Shown in pieces: positions 37,601 to 43,739 of a stretch of DNA of 64,000 bases (positions are counted from its first letter, which is position 1; the number at the start of each line of letters is the position of its first letter). The notes beneath the pieces were generated by a model. That model did no database searches. It was given only the letters and a program-made list of their open reading frames with translations, and was not told the DNA's origin. Position numbers and translations under genes: made by a program. The DNA comes from an uncultured Clostridia bacterium. Lineage in GTDB: Bacteria > Bacillota > Clostridia > Christensenellales > UBA1242. The stretch covers positions 19,992-83,991 of the forward strand of contig CALVML010000002.1 in NCBI GenBank assembly GCA_944345705.1. The letters are read 5' to 3'.

Positions 37601-39933
37601 TAGGTAAGAGTAAATGAATTTACAATAACACCTAAGTCATCATTTTGAGTAACGATAGTAGTTGTTGGATTAAGTTGAAGTTCAAAAGTGAAAACGCCAT
37701 ATCCTTCTTCTTGATTTATTGAGAAGTCGCTTCTTACTAGGATAAAATTACCTTCGCTTACACTTTGAGTGATCGTTGAAATAACCTGATTATAACTATC
37801 GTAGATTGTTAGTGTCATAGAGCCAAGTTGTTCGCTAAACACTTCAACAGAGTCGCTGTTTACAATGAATGAAATTGAGAATGTACCATTATTGCCAAGA
37901 TCGATATAGTACATTTGATTATCTTCGTTGACAACAAACTGTCCCATTGACATGGTTGCCCCTATCACAGAGTCTTGACTCAACTCTTTCTTTACATCTA
38001 CCGAAATCGCCTCACTCATTCTTGCAATGCGATATAGGCCGTTTTCACTAACAACAGGAACGCCGTCCTGCACCATGATTGTGGCAAAATATAGATCAAA
38101 TAGTCCTGTATTATAAACTGTCAAACTTGTGCTTTCAATGCAATATAGGTAAAGTTCTTCAAGTCCAACACTGTAAAGTCCGCTTCGCTCGCTATTAAAT
38201 CCGCCATTTCCTAAAATTGAAATAACAGTGCTTGTGTCTACACCTTCACCAAAGTATGCAAATAGATATTTAGGCTTTTTATATATATTTTGTTCAGGCA
38301 CATACATATATTGACTTAAATCTTCGGTCTGTGAAATGATTGAGCCGTCACCCGAATAGTCGAGCATTATATCTAAACTTTCAATACCACTCCAATAAAC
38401 ATTTTGCTCTGTATGTTCTGTGACATTCATAGTTGATTCAAATAGAAGTGGAGCGCCATTTGATTGATATAAGCCTTTTTCGCCATTTTCAAGTTCAATC
38501 AAAAGACCTACTTTTACCTGTATAGTAGCAACCTGAGATGAAATCACACTCCAATATGAATTACCCTTATTTGAAAGCCCTTCAGAATAAGGTCTATAAT
38601 AGGTTTGTCCATCAATGACAACCGCGTCTCCGCCACTCACTTGCAAGAAAGCATCATTGCCAAGTGTTGGATCTATAGTCTGTCCTTGTCTATCAGTATA
38701 TGAGAAAGATAAAAGGACATTAGAAAGCATTGAAGGAACCGCCATTAAATTTGAATCTTGCACATAAGCGCCAACATTGATGCTTCCGCTTACCTGATTT
38801 GATACATAAATTCTTGTCGTATAGTTTTGAATTATATCAAAGGAATTTGCAAGACTGATATTGAAAGCACTTACATCTGCAGTGCCGATATCAATGCGAG
38901 TGCTAGTTAAGTATGCACTGTCTTGACTAGATGCAAGCATAGACACCATTTGAGTATAATAGTTTTCGTTCGTCACGCCAGACTCGGCAAGTTCCTGCTC
39001 AGCGATAAGTTGCGATTTCGCGTCTTTGAATACATAAGCATTGAGTTGTACGCCATCAACAATATCGTCACCTGCAACAAAATGCATGGTAGTGCTTGTG
39101 TCATAGACAGGCGTTACATTGTCAGAAGAAGATTGATAGAAAGCAAGTTTTTTTCTAACATTCTCACTTGTTATATTGCCCTGCTCAGAATTAACATCAT
39201 CGCTATACATATATTCGCTCTTTGCAGGAATAAATTTTGTTTGAATTGTGAATGTTTCACCGATTACAATTTTTTCAGCAGGATTGCCATCATCATTGAG
39301 AATGATTGCCTCAGTAGAATAAACAGGTACATCGACTGCAACTTTAACATTTATAGCACTTGCTTGAGATTGAGAGTATGCACTTCTTGCAGTGATTGTA
39401 GCAATGCCACCTGCAATCCAGTCAACCCGCTGTCCATTTTCCCAAATATATTCGCCATTTTCGTCTTTAAGATGTTCGGGGATAAGTTCAACAGTGAAAG
39501 GAGTGTTGAGTTGTACAACACTAGGCACGCGAATGACGCCATTTGATATGTATTGTCCATCAGCCGAAGTTCTTGAATTGCCATCAAGCGAAAGATTTAC
39601 AGAGCGTTGATTGACAACTGCCTCGGTGTCAGTAGATGTGATAGTAAGAGTAAAGTTGTCGGTAACCTCTAGTTGACCGTTGGCTTGATTGTAAAGTTCT
39701 AGATAACTATCATCTTGCACAAAGGTTATCCCTGAAGGATAGACTGGAGTTTCGCCGGTCTGCCCACCCCTTGAAAGATAAACGCCGAGCAAAGTTGCGC
39801 CCGCAATCAATCCAATACCGAGAATGACAGAAACAATGGTCATCCAAAGCTTCCACTTAGGCTTTATCTCGCCTGTGTCGACCTTCTCTTTATTTTTAAC
39901 CTTTTTGACTTTTTTCTCTTCTTTCTTACTCAT
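28642..39933 (-). CDS. Giant (3763 aa) N-terminally anchored extracellular protein, family unknown
   Basis: An uninterrupted 11.3-kb ORF with TAGGAG SD. A Lys-rich cytoplasmic head and a single TM (WMTIVSVILGIGLIAGATLLGVYL) are followed by ~3700 aa rich in T/S/N/Y/G/V. There is no LPXTG or other C-terminal sorting signal and no obvious internal tandem repeats by eye. Confidence 0.85.
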   Translation of the reverse strand: MSKKEEKKVKKVKNKEKVDTGEIKPKWKLWMTIVSVILGIGLIAGATLLGVYLSRGGQTGETPVYPSGITFVQDDSYLELYNQANGQLEVTDNFTLTITSTDTEAVVNQRSVNLSLDGNSRTSADGQYISNGVIRVPSVVQLNTPFTVELIPEHLKDENGEYIWENGQRVDWIAGGIATITARSAYSQSQASAINVKVAVDVPVYSTEAIILNDDGNPAEKIVIGETFTIQTKFIPAKSEYMYSDDVNSEQGNITSENVRKKLAFYQSSSDNVTPVYDTSTTMHFVAGDDIVDGVQLNAYVFKDAKSQLIAEQELAESGVTNENYYTQMVSMLASSQDSAYLTSTRIDIGTADVSAFNISLANSFDIIQNYTTRIYVSNQVSGSINVGAYVQDSNLMAVPSMLSNVLLSFSYTDRQGQTIDPTLGNDAFLQVSGGDAVVIDGQTYYRPYSEGLSNKGNSYWSVISSQVATIQVKVGLLIELENGEKGLYQSNGAPLLFESTMNVTEHTEQNVYWSGIESLDIMLDYSGDGSIISQTEDLSQYMYVPEQNIYKKPKYLFAYFGEGVDTSTVISILGNGGFNSERSGLYSVGLEELYLYCIESTSLTVYNTGLFDLYFATIMVQDGVPVVSENGLYRIARMSEAISVDVKKELSQDSVIGATMSMGQFVVNEDNQMYYIDLGNNGTFSISFIVNSDSVEVFSEQLGSMTLTIYDSYNQVISTITQSVSEGNFILVRSDFSINQEEGYGVFTFELQLNPTTTIVTQNDDLGVIVNSFTLTYNTQEENNIVWGGGNGFRVSDLLENQTVMIYDPIAKSITLEYDPNDQIYLTGDSEITVNQTLDADSGETVLNISLGGTPIEAQDGQSALTALFNRFFGENFANIVITDQVGRTDTLAGEWSFRLLEGSSHVVAVQGQTIQFINGNGSIVVIDIVSLDGNVETGSADDVIKMKFNVTSTGITDVFFNSNLDPNSSITEGTNQEESESTISVAMSKYGASNNTIILANQVRLEVNGVQFTKIQFTLSTSYLENLGSAIVDLFGTDGMLTVYNNGQKIQTGTDASTIRSNLQGKVITSIQINKNFYQSRSVQLTISDEANSGVVNITLNMTILPNIAISGATTYGSTTDSSRFIYATDEDGDSEGTQISNMVTNNNNAGKQSSFGSLYTVGTYYIEPSSGQYVLKTQYTGSAVGKMVVDEEGNATIRFYDFWDTDYKQFSVVFQPEGNNQYAISYTLTFIILRDLDLDNLATGTDTFYILNTGSTPQWTDFIQYKRHDGSLIENIDFSGEFEDYLTINGSNVELLNSSAFIFEYNTTSYATKLSLMLNGNALGSVDVYIELYNTEDQTIYQYIASQIQISKDNVSYNTTTQIVDGVEYIMLVYDTSAYTLPNSRSDNNNYFDSSYTMYIRNADTANTYYSTGENQNTFTLRSQNQLLGGLGNENSYLVLYFNQGSETGSTNAKAIMYVPLINSAIGYNFVEYNSGVEDNRTLETALTDPSELLKQGIYNEITAGQATQIIKEVSYYENSTGENGLIRPIRDGGYSVTPTITYYPTVTDGTNLTNKSIIKGIDSNNGYLDLNHLTNDTLYENFYLGLSYNINYNGRYQIFYYLLKITPDINVEASTYAYTNYGEEGEEHIRVDQNSRQTFDLDKIYDETTLNEGFSRFNVSKMLSSNIGILVVDVRSSSEVSLAFKVSGNYIENDEPKSFADQMVILDDITSDCAINIGNNINSYLYLQLSDILSENATNINIESVELIVRSGSCYIYDGSSLTLSFTGGIYTDSEDLKAVAEFISKQDASGTSSVNRAIFANLVSTNVIESVKVGGQDPYTFPEQWAEDITFYNVNGNVIEGSTFDYVVKTSERIEIVIKRTYESDTSLEQKYKRSIYGAEQYYTIVLNDENNSSYNARFTTNEGNVQSVYDGVYTWELENAYTADNPREQTLTVQLVSNSDAGQETTTGTVVSDLLQIKLVDGNEDVDFESYAYNTHSYIDDKGLSPYQFKLTLKDYISKDTTIKFSVYTQYGYLATLRINIKANASYARKMTEGDNPVEVASNLVGGQDINFSKVYDIKLNNDEATDYTVTAEMRSANNNDHRFVKIEGNKFVVADIVSDKTVTFDFTITFNDNNTFTFTDTLTFKRNISVQAITGESSLAGVNDYDLIDNNNLNKDYLYINALNKEIDDRTTLTYSASSTSSAVDTSEGIFADSKSTSVTIKDISSEMQSVSINITMHFAFSASGETSKPSESITFTYTFNVYKAVTVDTNYPVPDGKTELKIEYFENGSVINNTLSDFVLSNPIYNMGENANRFTAYQNNLNADKNGTVQGSQITEGLTADTISVVIQEIQNATIWQYSQGGIGTTQYYASNAINLTQGQGLYLRRGTYSQTNDTDGDKTDQNDYVTSGERSVIIFEITYREATTTYTIELLDSVFTIPAIYTKYATSGVIDNGDDTTSTVTHETIYVDKTNTNNIFSGDRMFQVQIANTLTNDDTYYLVFKGTDDKFYASYAQYISLEDQGSNQYLDLGYSMHGKEYYGTYRASAIENEGIGFDGTGLMQKTVRTTNESGTVTTSTVNITADDLESITNVDENNALFTTKQLVSRIQLYYGGNKVDYSYFSNYITDHDVSATTLTSDGTSTVAQDPINEIKSLTPISRISVANGVSQVVITTNSTNDTLTSINGKSYIKSLSTTYYFMPRIDIEVEKAFTVNNHEDVTVNEKYPSIVQQLGIKHPTNDSYVSASDFGDGKANIQFEIIYYSTDYKTNVPDTSVQNSLEAFMTLNGISEFKHYATYTGTNYDQGTNEYIAYSPMRNASGAIYDASVMPLGAQVNGDFVLSKITYSSTGGYSETFYVVYQVLPDYIVSFSGSTDNKTTSTGEDGLGIVSNVNKPFDVYSITNADGQNNYSAFTLTSTDSTEGELSIKHRYGNNTSTEYSTTNFDITLTLDQTISGRAINDKENFKQKFAYANSTNMTNWQALPPTASTTTGYAYKTKDGIRQTSAITFSAVKEVIFGNQYYMIEGVDVYGYKYQFYFCLKSQYTQPSIATGGNPVLNELDYFDIGSIYTMLNIEYSAGSGEGDPGSYAINQSTPVSPESSAEVPLINIANVGTYFFDRDYTTSTTGTESGPTNNKYLQANGSNGYKPITGDNPRTEEKETDYSEVGMWTPAAKEKFDSPSFKYVTVDSAKFYAINEEDNPAGEPLGTAIMPKATSYILATKTGGTWSTNYGSDTTALSYTLDEQTYKMTVTANSTVSLTIKADTASITNEIANDITANIDSLLPSGITAEHDTINSNTATFNIKLNNIGNATKITLTSGSDKYNLATTTTQNAFFNGLEDKIREPFISGTFENEFGSEVQQAIQVPSFAGEVYANSTETDMILVIRLKYEKGDTVEYTDLQTIVTVVREVKIVEHAKVVADGESIDLKKAFTVTDGLNQTLETTYLNDTLELLIKAQSTASFNISLTRKNATIVSDVAVSRSNHDSYDKTTYLSISSLLNTSVQLGDTITISNANGNATFYYIVYNNQGDDTTGKLNNGNVLTSGAKITFQIQTTTNDYIYVENAQRLSGSNSYYTIDKYYIAQVEKGKDSKGGDQSLNYRVSHRYYVTGKYFSMSGATTDQIIRRLQESGTDSGNIYTSLSSWTPATEPPQENYSPVLTLRGAAVDNTTVSNGSEKGFNKDYIWFMIDPLGGSGSGDVSINNDYSKRNDTDYSYGRITYGSNYTYDQYIEIVFRVVVSGADRDISTLDNGYDVGNVNISYELGSILVGWAEDFRA

Positions 39934-39978
39934 CTTAAACTCCTAACAAAATCGGCTGTTCGACTTCATGTTTAAAAT

Positions 39979-40008
39979 ATTATAAAATATTTTAATAATA
40001 AAAGGCAA
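39979..40008 (-). promoter_or_regulatory. Putative promoter of the giant gene (TTGCCT-18-TATAAT)
   Basis: -35 at 40003-40008, -10 at 39979-39984, about 40 nt upstream of the ATG. Confidence 0.4.
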
Positions 40009-40251
40009 ACAATTTTCATATTTTGTCGATATTATTTAATTAATATATTATAAATATTTTACCTAAAAATTATTTATCGTTTTTTGTTAAGATCTTTTAT
40101 TAAAATTTTTATTTTCATAAAAATCACTTTTACCCTGAAAAAAAAGGCTTCTTTAAACAAATATAGGCAAATTAAAAGCGAATTTGCGACCTTTAGTTGA
40201 CTTTTTGAAAGGTATAATTTATAATCAAAAAGAATAATCGAAGGAGAAGAT

Positions 40252-41832
40252 ATGATACAAGTAACAAATGTTTCACTCGCCTTTGGCGGACGAGTGTTAT
40301 ATAAAGATGTCAACTTAAAATTTACAAAGGGCAACTGCTATGGCATAATCGGCGCAAATGGCGCAGGCAAAAGTACTTTTTTGAAGATTTTAACAGGCGA
40401 AATTGAAGCAAATACAGGCGAAATTTTTATCACACCTGGTGAGCGTATGAGCGTACTGAGCCAAAATCAAAATGCCTATGACAGCGAAACCGTGCTTGAC
40501 ACCGTCCTTTTAGGTCATAAAAGACTTATGGAGATCCAGAAAGAAAAGGACGCTCTCTATGCAAAGGAAGATTTTAGCGAAGAAGATGGTATTCGCGCTG
40601 GTGAACTAGAAACTGAATTTGCTGAACTTGGTGGCTGGGAAGCAGAAAGCGAAGCAAAACAACTTCTTCAAAGCCTTAAAATTGAAGAAGAACTTTACTA
40701 TACCCCTATGGCTGAAGTAGATCCAAAAATAAAGGTCAAGGTGTTGCTTGCACAGGCTCTATTTGGCAACCCTGACATCTTAGTACTTGACGAGCCTACC
40801 AACAACCTAGATTTCAAGACTGTAAGATGGCTTGAAGAGTTTTTGCTTGACTTTGAGAATATCGTCATCATTGTATCACACAACCGCCACTTTTTGAATA
40901 AGGTCTGCACACACATCTGCGATGTGGACTATGGCAAAATAAATATGTATATAGGAAACTATGATTTTTGGTATGAATCAAGCCAACTTATCTTAAGACA
41001 GATGAAGGATCAAAACAAGAAAGCCGAACAACGTGCCAAAGAACTCAAAGAATTTATCGCAAGATTCTCGGCAAATGCTTCAAAATCTAAACAGGCAACA
41101 AGCAGAAAGAAGGAACTTGAAAGACTTACAATCGAAGATATCAAACCGTCATCTCGCAAATATCCATATATTAACTTTGAATTCACTCAAGAAATCGGCA
41201 AGGAAGTGCTTAAACTTGAAGGCATATCCAAGAAAGGTATGTTTAGCAAACTAACTTTCAATATTGAAAAAGGTCAAAAAGTTGCATTCTTTGCAAAAAA
41301 CAGCCAGGTACTGACCACCCTATTCAATATCATACAGGGCACAGAAAAAGCCGACTGCGGAAATGTTTTCGTCGGCAAGACAATCAAGATCACTTCATTG
41401 CCACAAAACAATGACAGTTATTTCGAAGGCAATACAATGTCAATAGTCGACTGGCTTAGACAATACTCAAAAGACCAAAACGAAACATATATCCGCTCAT
41501 GGCTTGGCAGAATGCTCTTCACAGGCGAAGAAAATCTCAAACCTGCAAATGTGCTTTCTGGTGGCGAGCGCGTAAGATGTATGCTTGCAAAGATGATGTT
41601 AGAGCAAGGCAACCTACTGATTTTAGACGAACCAACAAACCACCTAGACCTTGAAAGTATCACTGCACTCAATAAAGGAATGCAAAATTTTAGAGGCAAT
41701 ATTCTATTTGCATCACACGACCAAGAGATCATAGAAACGGTTGCCAACCGAATAATAGACATAGTAGATGAAAATCACTACATTGACTTCACAGGCACCT
41801 ACGAAGAATACGCCGAAAAGTATTTAAAATAA
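40252..41832 (+). CDS. ABC-F family ATPase (YbiT-like) with one degenerate composite ATP site
   Basis: NBD1 has Walker A GANGAGKST and Walker B LVLDEPTNNLD. NBD2 has signature LSGGERVR and Walker B LILDEPTNHLD. The NBD2 Walker A position reads FFAKNSQVLTT, and the NBD1 signature position reads VDPKIKVKV. Confidence 0.9.
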   Translation: MIQVTNVSLAFGGRVLYKDVNLKFTKGNCYGIIGANGAGKSTFLKILTGEIEANTGEIFITPGERMSVLSQNQNAYDSETVLDTVLLGHKRLMEIQKEKDALYAKEDFSEEDGIRAGELETEFAELGGWEAESEAKQLLQSLKIEEELYYTPMAEVDPKIKVKVLLAQALFGNPDILVLDEPTNNLDFKTVRWLEEFLLDFENIVIIVSHNRHFLNKVCTHICDVDYGKINMYIGNYDFWYESSQLILRQMKDQNKKAEQRAKELKEFIARFSANASKSKQATSRKKELERLTIEDIKPSSRKYPYINFEFTQEIGKEVLKLEGISKKGMFSKLTFNIEKGQKVAFFAKNSQVLTTLFNIIQGTEKADCGNVFVGKTIKITSLPQNNDSYFEGNTMSIVDWLRQYSKDQNETYIRSWLGRMLFTGEENLKPANVLSGGERVRCMLAKMMLEQGNLLILDEPTNHLDLESITALNKGMQNFRGNILFASHDQEIIETVANRIIDIVDENHYIDFTGTYEEYAEKYLK

Positions 41833-41837
41833 CAAAT

Positions 41838-41870
41838 AAATCGCGATAACAAACATATCGCGATTTTTTC
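41838..41870 (+). terminator. Rho-independent terminator
   Basis: ATCGCGAT ... ATCGCGAT 8-bp stem followed by T5. Confidence 0.7.
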
Positions 41871-41903
41871 TTGCCTTCTATTTCTCTTTTATTCAACTAA
41901 AAT

Positions 41904-42146
41904 TCAAATTGATAAATTATCTTCGTCAAAAAGTGGACTATCTAAAAACTCACTGACTTTCATGTCAAAACCACCAGCAATTTGTATTATTGTTGATAAT
42001 AGATTGTCTTTAATTGTTTCGTGCATGATATTTTTAAGCGTTGAATGAGTTACTCCACTATTCATCGCTAATCTATATTGTGTAATACCCTTTTTTCTCA
42101 ATAACTCTGATATTCTTAAAGCAACCGCTCTATTAACATTATTCAT
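41904..42146 (-). CDS. XRE-family HTH transcriptional regulator
   Basis: ALRISELLRKKGITQYRLAMNSGVTHSTLKNI. The ATG at 42146 has a GGAG SD. The track start at 42173 is less likely. Confidence 0.75.
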   Translation of the reverse strand: MNNVNRAVALRISELLRKKGITQYRLAMNSGVTHSTLKNIMHETIKDNLLSTIIQIAGGFDMKVSEFLDSPLFDEDNLSI

Positions 42147-42200
42147 AAATACTCCATGATTTTGTATTAACATTGTAATATTAATAATTTTTTAAATATA

Positions 42201-42229
42201 GTTGCACATAACCATAAAAAATGATATAA
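42201..42229 (+). promoter_or_regulatory. Promoter TTGCAC-17-TATAAT
   Basis: -35 at 42201-42206, -10 at 42224-42229, upstream of the SLOG gene. Confidence 0.55.
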
Positions 42230-42263
42230 TCATTATGTTTACATATAACTATAGGGGGTTCAA

Positions 42264-42902
42264 ATGATATCAAACACAGTGTGTTTTATAGGACATAGAA
42301 ATCAAAAGTTACCATGGAAAGATAAAATTGATTTAAGATATGCATTAACTAGAATTGCCGTTCAAAAAGAAATTGAAATATGTATATCAAATGGCAAAAC
42401 CCACTTTATTTCAGGGATGACGCTAGGTTTTGATATTATGTGCAGTAGAATTGTACTTGACTTAAAAGAAAAATATCCATTTATTACACTTGAGTGTGCC
42501 TTGCCTTATTATGATCAAGATAAGTATTGGAGTTTGGGCGATAAAATTATTTACAAAAATATATTAGAAAGAGCAGACAAAGTTCGGTGCATATATGACC
42601 ATTACACAAGGGGTTGTATGCATGAGCGAAATCGATATATGGTAAATTCTTCATCAATGGTGATTGCTCTTTTTGACAATATAGCAGGTGGCACAGAAAA
42701 GACAATAGCTTATGCAAAAAAACAGGGCAAATATGTCGTAATCATACCACCAAGTCAAGAAAGAGTCTACACAAGTAAAGTGCTTGAATTGTTGCTCGCA
42801 GATTACATAGACAGCGAACCAGATATCAGCGAAGAAAAAATCATGGCTAGAAAAAGACTATTAAGCTCATTATATATGCAAGTCGATAATGACGAAAATT
42901 AG
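42264..42902 (+). CDS. SLOG-fold DUF1273 (YoqJ/UPF0398-like) protein
   Basis: CFIGHR...THFISGMTLGFDIMCSRIVLDLKEKYP...LECALPY...RNRYMV..SSMVIALFD...GGT is the pattern of DUF1273. Confidence 0.7.
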   Translation: MISNTVCFIGHRNQKLPWKDKIDLRYALTRIAVQKEIEICISNGKTHFISGMTLGFDIMCSRIVLDLKEKYPFITLECALPYYDQDKYWSLGDKIIYKNILERADKVRCIYDHYTRGCMHERNRYMVNSSSMVIALFDNIAGGTEKTIAYAKKQGKYVVIIPPSQERVYTSKVLELLLADYIDSEPDISEEKIMARKRLLSSLYMQVDNDEN

Positions 42903-43189
42903 GTGTTATCGCGATATTTTTGATCTTCGATTTGAGTTACATCATCTAAAAGATCTTCAAAACTAAAGTACTCGTCACTTGCTTCAACATTTGATGACGA
43001 GAGTTTATCTTCATCTTGTAAATTTTCTTGAAAAGAACTATCACTATTTGAAATATAACTTTTGCAAAAATGATGTTCTCCTTCTCCCTTAGAGATGGTC
43101 ACTCGCTCAAGATTGCAATTTGAGCCCTTTTCATTGAATACACAGTTTTTGACATTGCAAATAATTCCCTTGTTTATATCATTCTTCAT
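42899..43189 (-). CDS. DUF1540 domain protein
   Basis: C-x-V-x-N-C-x-x-N...C pattern (ICNVKNCVFNEKGSNCNL...HHFC). ATG at 43189 with a GGGAG SD. Its stop codon overlaps the convergent SLOG gene's stop. Confidence 0.7.
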   Translation of the reverse strand: MKNDINKGIICNVKNCVFNEKGSNCNLERVTISKGEGEHHFCKSYISNSDSSFQENLQDEDKLSSSNVEASDEYFSFEDLLDDVTQIEDQKYRDNT

Positions 43190-43224
43190 ATTATATTCTC
43201 CCATTTCAATTATTTGCAATTATC

Positions 43225-43380
43225 AAAAAAATATAATAAAATTAAATAAAAATAAAAAAGAAAATAAAAAATAATTACAAAAATATTTAAAAAATCAATA
43301 AAAAAATAATTAAAAAAATAACAAAAAATACTAAAAAAATGCAAAAAAGGGCAAAAAAATTAGTTTAAAAAATAAAAAAA
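43225..43380 (+). other. Array of helically phased A-tracts (intrinsically curved DNA)
   Basis: Fifteen A5-A7 tracts. Starts at 43279, 43289, 43300, 43312, 43323, 43333, 43343 and 43353 are spaced 10-12 bp apart (mean about 10.6). Confidence 0.6.
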
Positions 43381-43410
43381 GGCAATTTTTCTGCCTTTTT
43401 TTGTTTTTTT
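43374..43410. terminator. Weak bidirectional hairpin terminator
   Basis: AGGCA-N7-TGCCT flanked by A7 and T-runs. Confidence 0.4.
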
Positions 43411-43484
43411 GATTTTAATTATAATTTAATTTTGATTTTATTTTTTATTAATTAATTTTATATTCCATTAAAATAAGATAAATT

Positions 43485-43739
43485 ATCAGACTGTCGAAAA
43501 ACAAGCGGGGCAAGGCTCGAAAAATGCCTAAAGCCAGGAGTTTAGTTTTCCTAAATGACTGGTTTTAGGCGTTTTATTTGGGGTACCCCGTAAATGCTTT
43601 TGCATTTATGGGGAGAGGAAAAGGCGAGCGTTAAAGTCTAAGTTGTCTTGACAACTTGACATAAGCGTAGCCTTTGACGATACGATGCAAGAAAAATTAC
43701 TTGTAATTTTTCGACCGCGATGTTTTTCGACAGTCTGAT
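43485..43739. repeat. 255-bp element bounded by perfect 19-bp terminal inverted repeats (MITE-like, or a structured 3'-UTR RNA)
   Basis: ATCAGACTGTCGAAAAACA at 43485-43503 pairs with TGTTTTTCGACAGTCTGAT at 43721-43739. Internal perfect or near-perfect hairpins lie at 43526-43570, 43586-43613, 43640-43657 and 43691-43712. The element abuts the glyQS stop codon (43740-43742). Confidence 0.6.

Noticed and set aside
38923-39546. A 207-codon plus-strand ORF, and many 60-110-codon ORFs on both strands inside the giant gene, ltaS, the helicase gene, uvrA and others
   Set aside because: All are antisense or out of frame within long, well-supported CDSs, lack SDs, and have junk-like Cys/Phe/Ile-rich composition. 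They are shadow ORFs.
40074-40334. An 86-codon minus-strand ORF overlapping the promoter and start of the ABC-F gene
   Set aside because: It has no SD and low-complexity composition, and it overlaps the well-supported SD and ATG of the plus-strand ABC-F gene.
43220-43480. The A-rich low-complexity intergenic region as a CRISPR array or coding sequence
   Set aside because: There is no repeat-spacer organisation and no open frame. The pattern is phased A-tracts only.
43485-43739. Assignment of the structured element to RNase P RNA, SRP RNA, 6S RNA or tmRNA
   Set aside because: It has no GAGGAAAGUCC / ACAGAA-type RNase P motifs (only a loose GAGGAAAAGGC), no GGAAGCAGC SRP domain IV motif and no tRNA-like end or tag ORF. 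Its length and multi-hairpin interior do not fit the 6S central-bubble model. It is left unassigned.
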